DNA of 64,000 nucleotides, taken from the NCBI RefSeq assembly GCF_009914755.1, contig NC_060931.1; one strand, given 5' to 3'. Each line of letters opens with the position of its first letter. Within the stretch, counting starts at the first letter, position 1. This document shows positions 57,178 to 64,000 of this stretch, one piece after another. Position numbers and translations under genes: made by a program. Below the pieces are notes generated by a model, which saw only the letters and a program-made list of their open reading frames with translations, did not search any database and was not told the origin of the DNA. The stretch is from the human T2T-CHM13v2.0 reference genome, Homo sapiens.

Positions 57178-59539
57178 AATGGAGATGGGGTAGAAGGCTT
57201 GCACAGCTTGGCATTGCTGGAGTGTGATGTGATAGGAAATGTGCAGTCAAAGACAAAAAAAGATGTAAGTAGGCTGTACTCATTGAAGCTAAGAACCCAG
57301 ATGTTATCTTGAGGGTATTAACTAATAAGCAGTTTAAATCAGAATGGCACATTCTGATTTGTTTTTTGTATGTTCACATTTGGCAGGCATAGATACTGTT
57401 TGAAGAGAGAAAAGTCAGTAGAGAGACGTAACAAACTTAAATATGTGCCAAGTCTAGAAACAAGAGACCAGGGGGATAAGGACCTTTCAAAATAAAATGC
57501 AAGATTTGAAAACTGATTGGCTGGGGGATGAGGAAAAGGCAGGTCTTCAAGGTCCATCCCTGTTTTGCTTTAAGTTGTTAGGGGGTGGTTTTATCACATG
57601 TTGTAGAATATGTCATTTCAGTTTTGAACATCTTGAGTTAAATTGTCCTAACATATCTTATGAATTTGATTTTCTTCCCTGGGAAGCTAATATTTCAAAC
57701 ACTTAAAGAGTATATAGATTTCCAACTTGTACCCAATTTATAAAACTATCTCTAGGCTGCTGATTTCAGGAGGCGGCTCATGAATATTCTCTTTGCAGAG
57801 AATATATCAGGAGTTAACAACAGCTTCAATATTTGTGGACGACCAGTTAACTAAGCCAACTCTTAGTGTCTTTAGTTGGGAAATCTTAGCTGAAGATATT
57901 CAATAATGAACCAAGAGTGACTAAAAAATTCAATATTTAAGTATATTTCATTGTAATTAATTTGAATTGAAGTAGCCATATACAGCTAGTATTTACTATA
58001 TTGAACAATGCGAATAAGAGGAAAAAATTAATAACCATCTCTAATACCACATGCCAAAATCCTCATCAATTTATTCTAGCTAAAGGAGTTGATCAGAAGC
58101 AGCAGTTGAAAGCACCAACTAAACCAGCTGGGGTTAGTTCACTGTCATTCTCTCAGAACCATCTCTTCTCTGAACAAAACAAGTACAAGAGTTCATTGTG
58201 AATCTGCATTCTCCTTGCCTATTTTAAGGTTTTGATGTTGACACTAATTTGTGAAATCCCTCCTGTGGTGTGATATTTCGTTTTCCTTGCTTTCTGTTAG
58301 GACAAGAATGCTTCAGGTCTTAATTTAAAATTATGTTTCTCCCTCCTAGGTTGAGTGAACTTAGAATGTATTCTCTGACATATCCAAGACTTTGTTAATA
58401 TGAATTTCGGGAAAAAAGCATACTTAATTAGCTAAGACTTCTTATTCTAGGCTTGACCCTATGTTCGACATCTTTTGAATTTCTAGTTGCATGGGCTGCT
58501 CTCTGACACTGGTTAGTGACCTGGAAGCTATATTAATGTTAGGGGAGGTGGTGTATGAGCATTAGAGGTATCCTTGCAAGGAAAGACTTGTCTTATCTCA
58601 ATACGTCTTGTTTTTTTGCACACAAGAAAGTCAATGTCTGAGTCTTCTAAAATGTTCCTATTTCCAAGTTGCAGAGTACCATTGATTCCTAAACAAAGAC
58701 CTAATTTTTGACTCAGAGACGTGGCAAGGTAGTGAATCACCATTATAATTTAAAAATCTTCAAGATAAAATTATCTCTGATATTTAGATTTTGCGCAATT
58801 ATTGAGATATTTCGGTGTTTCGTTAAGAACGGAAGACTCTAGTCTCTTGAGCAGAGACTATAAACGCCTCAGATGATCATTTTTAGATTTATGCTCTTTT
58901 CTTTAACACCTTCAACACAGTTGGAAGCAGCTGATATTCCCCAGAGTTGTTGTGTTTTTTAAACCAAATGCATGGTTCAGTGGTAGAAAAGTGGGCTGAT
59001 CCAAGCTGTTTTCAGTAAACACTTCATTTCAGGTGACCTATTTCATATTAAATAATCTCTAGATCCTGTCTTCGAAACTAACTAGATCAGATAACCTACC
59101 CTGGATTTTCTCCTTTTAGGGTCTGTGAGCTGCAGTCACTTTTGGGAAAATGACTGCAATGACAAGATAGAGTTGTAGATGGGGAAAATGTTTCGACTAA
59201 TTTAAGCATAGTGGTATTTCATATGAGAATTTAGGTTACACACATTTGAAAATTATAATGGAGTCTCTTGGCTGAGCTTTAAAAAAAATGCGTTTAGGCT
59301 AAAAAGGGAACTGCTACCTCTCCTAAAATCGGAAAGATGTTACAGTAATTCTCCATTCTCTAGAATTATCAAGAAGCACCTTTGTGATGATTTACTTTTG
59401 CTCTTGGGAGTGTGAGCCCGTGTAGTCATGGAACCATCAATTAGAATGGTGGCTTTCTGATCCCAAAGTCACTCGTTCTGAAAACAATATTTTTCATAAA
59501 TTTGAAAGTGAAAAGTTTTGACCTTGCCATTCCCAAGTA

Positions 59540-60370
59540 ACTCTCTTAATAAGAGACATCAGCATGCTTCAGTGACAGCTGTCACCTTCCAGTGCTGAGA
59601 GTCATCTTTGAGTTCTCCATTTCGCTCCCTACACTCCAATTTAGCTGCAGTTCTCTTGGCCAGTCCTATGAAATACATCCATGCCCTAACGACTTCTCAC
59701 CACTACTACCACTCATCCTGACAGCATTCTCACCTAAGTCACTACTCTTTTTCTCTGGATTAGAGTAGCGTCCCAATTTATTTGCTCACATAACTTATTT
59801 ATTCTACACAGTACACCAGATAAACCCCTTTGAAATGCAAACACAATCATGCTATTCTCTGGTGAAATTATCTCATATATTCCTAAAGCATTTAAAATTA
59901 ATTCAGAATCATCCCATGATTATCAAAACCATACATGCTCTTCCACAACATGGTTTACTTCCAAGGTATCTCTTCAACTTTTTTTTCACTGTACTGAATT
60001 GGTGACTAATAGTCATAATTTTGTTTTTGCTCAAAAAGTCTTGACTTGTAAATTTTTCAGTTTCTCCTTTATCCACAGGTAACTCTCCTCATAAGGCGAA
60101 TTGCTTGCTTCCTTGAGTTCTGCTCTCAAAGATACCCTTCATTTTCTACCTAATATTAATAACTTTAATCATTCATTATTCTATTACTATGCTCTATAGT
60201 GTATACAATTTCTGTTCTTCGTCATGTTATTAACTAAATTATTTATTTGGTCCAGTAACGTATTCCATAAATATTGTACACATAAAAATTGTGTTATTTT
60301 TATTCCTGTATGCTCAGCTGCCCAATAACAGTCTGAGGATTAACATATTTGTTAAATGCACAAATGCATT
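59540..60370 (+). mobile_element. L2 LINE 3' relic
   Basis: attctacacagtacaccagataaacccctttgaaatgcaaacacaatcatg and tgcccaataacagtctg...acatatttgttaaatg resemble the L2 3' consensus. Boundaries are approximate. Confidence 0.55.
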
Positions 60371-60689
60371 CTTTCACAAATATTAGTTTAATAATTTTAT
60401 ATTAAACTCCCTCTATACTTACAATATGAATTAGATAATTCAGAATAAACATTCCATTGGAAAAAGCTACACAATTTGTTATAAAACATCCTTAAAAGCA
60501 TCAGAAAGTTAATACAGCAATGAAGAATTACAGGACCAAATTAAGAATGGTATGAAAGCCTGTTTGTGACGCTTATGTTTGGGTTATCTCTTTACTTAGA
60601 GTGACTATAAATCTCAAAAGAGAACTAAACGGAGAAATAACCATATCTACTAACATGGTAAGAGTACTTAAACACCTCTTAGTAATTGA

Positions 60690-60842
60690 GAAAATTGAAA
60701 GAAAAGAAAAAAGAGAAAGGGAGAAAGAGAAACAGCAAAAGGGATAATGAAGGAGAGAAAGAAGAAGAGAAAGGAAGAGGAAGAAAAGTAAAAAGGAGGA
60801 GGAGGGGGAAGGAGGAAGGAAGAAAGGTGAAAAGAAAGAATG
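60690..60842 (+). repeat. Purine (GA)-rich low-complexity tract
   Basis: gaaaagaaaaaagagaaagggagaaagag...ggaggaggagggggaaggaggaaggaag. Confidence 0.85.
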
Positions 60843-60849
60843 GTAAACT

Positions 60850-62400
60850 TTTTAACAACATAATTTATCCTTCTAGAATATGAATGTTGGTCTATTTGAT
60901 GATGTCCCACAGATTCATTAGTCTCTGCTCATTGTTTATTTTTTATTCTTTCTGTTTCTCAGAGTCAGTATTTTCCATTTTCTTCTCTTCAAGTTCATGG
61001 CTTCTTCTGTGTGTGCAAATATACCCTTAAATCCCTCTGGTGATTTTGAAATTTTTATCATTGTAGTTTTCCACTCCAGAATTTCTGTTATCTCTTTGTT
61101 GATATTCCTACTTTTTAATATTTTTTCTGATTCCTTTATTTCTTTGTTTATGTTTTCCTTTAGACATTTGAGTATAATGAAGAGAGTTGTTTTAAAGTCT
61201 TTGTCTGGTAAGTTTGATGTCTGGGTTTCCTTAGGGATATTTTCTGTCAATTTATTTTGTTCCTTTGAATGAGCCACACTTTCCCATTCTTTGTATGCCT
61301 TGTAACGTTTTTTGAAAACCGGACATTCTAATAATTATAATTACTATGTGGTTACTCTGTAAATCAGACCCCCCCCCAACAAACACAGGAATGTTTTTTG
61401 GTTTTACATTTTCTTTACTTATTATATTGTTAAGGATTTTTTTTTTAGTGAAATTTTCCAAAGTGATTTACAAAACTGTTTGGTTTATAAGGTGTGGTCA
61501 CCGAAGTCTTTTTGTTTCCTTAACAAATGTTAAGCTAATGTTTTGACAGTGATTTTCTTGTAGGTAAGGAACCAATGAAACAGGCAAATACAAGAAAAAC
61601 AAAAAGAAAAGCAAGTAATCATTGTCCAGCAAAATATGTCTCTAGGCTATGAAGACTGGCCTTGTTCTGGGTTCTTTAAAGCCGGCACAAAGTGTGTTCA
61701 CTCTTGCGCTGAGTGAAGTTCAAGTTCACTCTTGCACAGAGCTTGCACTGAAGGGAGGGATCGGCCAAGGTAAAAGTGTAGGGTCTTCTTATGACATTTG
61801 TCAGCATGTGGCTTAACCTATGAATACATGTGACTTTGTAGACTCTCCCATCTACGTGAATGATTTTGTATGTCTTAGTTTTTGAAATACTCTTCTCCAA
61901 CTTTTCTTGCTGTGCTGAAGGTGATCTACAGTATGTGTAATCTTTAATTTTTGTCCTAAGCATCTGTGGTTTGTTAGGTCTCCTTGCAGAGTTTCTTAAT
62001 AATGTCCATTCCTTATCTGTTCTGTATTCTAGCAACACAGGAAAAAAAAAAGCCTTTCATGAGTCCTTTAAGTATCCCCCAGACCAGTCAGAACAGACAC
62101 ATAATAATTTGCGGGTAAGATCTTCTCTTGTTCCTTTGGACCATGGACCAGGCTTCCTCACTGGGAACGTGGGCTTCTGACACTTCAAAACTGCCAATTT
62201 GCTGGGGCAAAGCCAAGTTAAAAATGTCATAAAGTTTTCCAGTTGTCTTTTTCTTGAGTCTGCTTTCACTTGGTTGTTGTAATCTTTTGACCATTTTCCA
62301 CAGTTTTGGCAAAGTTTATTCGGACAGTTTCTGTTAGTTGTGTGATGTTTCTGTGGGGAAATGAAAGATTGCAGCTGTCTCCACTGCCATTTTGCTGATG
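60850..62400 (-). mobile_element. Ancient L1M-type relic: ORF1 N-terminal coiled coil plus 5' region
   Basis: ORF 60936-61277 (DKDFKTTLFIILKCLKENINKEIKE...EILEWKTTMIKISKSPEGF...EE) resembles the L1M ORF1p coiled coil. The right boundary is uncertain. Confidence 0.65.
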
Positions 62401-62452
62401 CTCCTCTTTTGTCAATTTTTGCTTCATGTTATTATGCTTTGTTATTAGTTCA

Positions 62453-62884
62453 CGTATTAGTTTTCTAGGGCTGCCATAACCAAGTAACACAAACTGGGTG
62501 CCTTGAACAACATATATTTACAGTCTTATAGTCTTATAGTCCTGGAAGCTAAAAGTCTGAGATTGAGGTGTCAGCAGGGATGGTCCCTTCAAGGGCTATG
62601 AGAGAAAGCCTGCTCTGTGCCTTGTTTCTCGCTTCTGGTGGTTTAGTGGCAGTCTTTGGCATTCCTTGGCTAATCTCTGCCCTCATAATCACATGGTACT
62701 CTCCCTGTGTGTATGTCTCTGTCTACTCAAATTTCTTCTTTACCAGGGACATCAGTCATATTGAACTCAGGCTCATCTGATTGTATCTTAACTTGATCAG
62801 CTGCAAACAACCTATTTCCTAATGAGGTCATATTCAGTGGTTAGAATTTCAGCATCTATATAGAGGAAACAATTTAGCTCCTAT
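62453..62884 (-). mobile_element. MLT1 (MaLR) solo LTR, MLT1B/C-like
   Basis: gtattagttttctagggctgccataac..agtaacacaaactgggtg...aagtctgagattgaggtgtcagcaggg...ctatttcctaatgaggtcatattc is typical MLT1 reverse-strand sequence. Confidence 0.85.
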
Positions 62885-62889
62885 GTGTG

Positions 62890-63978
<1,089 letters not shown>

Positions 63979-64000
63979 ATTATACTCATGTTATTTAATA

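Noticed and set aside
54809-57352. Long Pro/Ala/Arg-rich and Gly/Lys-rich ORFs up to 648 aa
   Set aside because: Translation of the GC-rich repeat; open in most frames on both strands.
60686-60883. Lys/Glu/Arg-rich 65-aa ORF
   Set aside because: Translation of a GA-rich low-complexity tract.

Overview
Human pericentromeric-type DNA at the edge of a satellite array; there is no intact protein-coding gene. Bases 1-39613 are Human Satellite 3: (CATTC)n on the + strand with the interspersed ACTCGGGTTG motif. The array has a homogeneous ~4.8 kb higher-order repeat at the left (two copies carry internal deletions) and becomes rearranged and more diverged toward its edge. The rest looks like a segmental-duplication mosaic. 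It holds a 5'-truncated L1HS of the pre-Ta type (which points to a human origin), old L1M relics, Alus, Tigger2a, MER30, L2 and MLT1 fragments, a 2.6 kb (CATTT)n block and a 2.4 kb GC-rich GGGCAAAAAGCCG repeat. The GC-rich repeat abuts a non-processed copy of KSR1 exon 1, which keeps an open frame from its second ATG and an intact splice donor. Almost all ORFs in the supplied track are repeat artefacts. I found no convincing new biological system. The best leads are the repeat-fused KSR1 exon 1 copy, the pre-Ta L1 with no target-site duplication, and the recombination history readable in the HSat3 repeat units. Family assignments are from recalled consensus sequences, not from searches.
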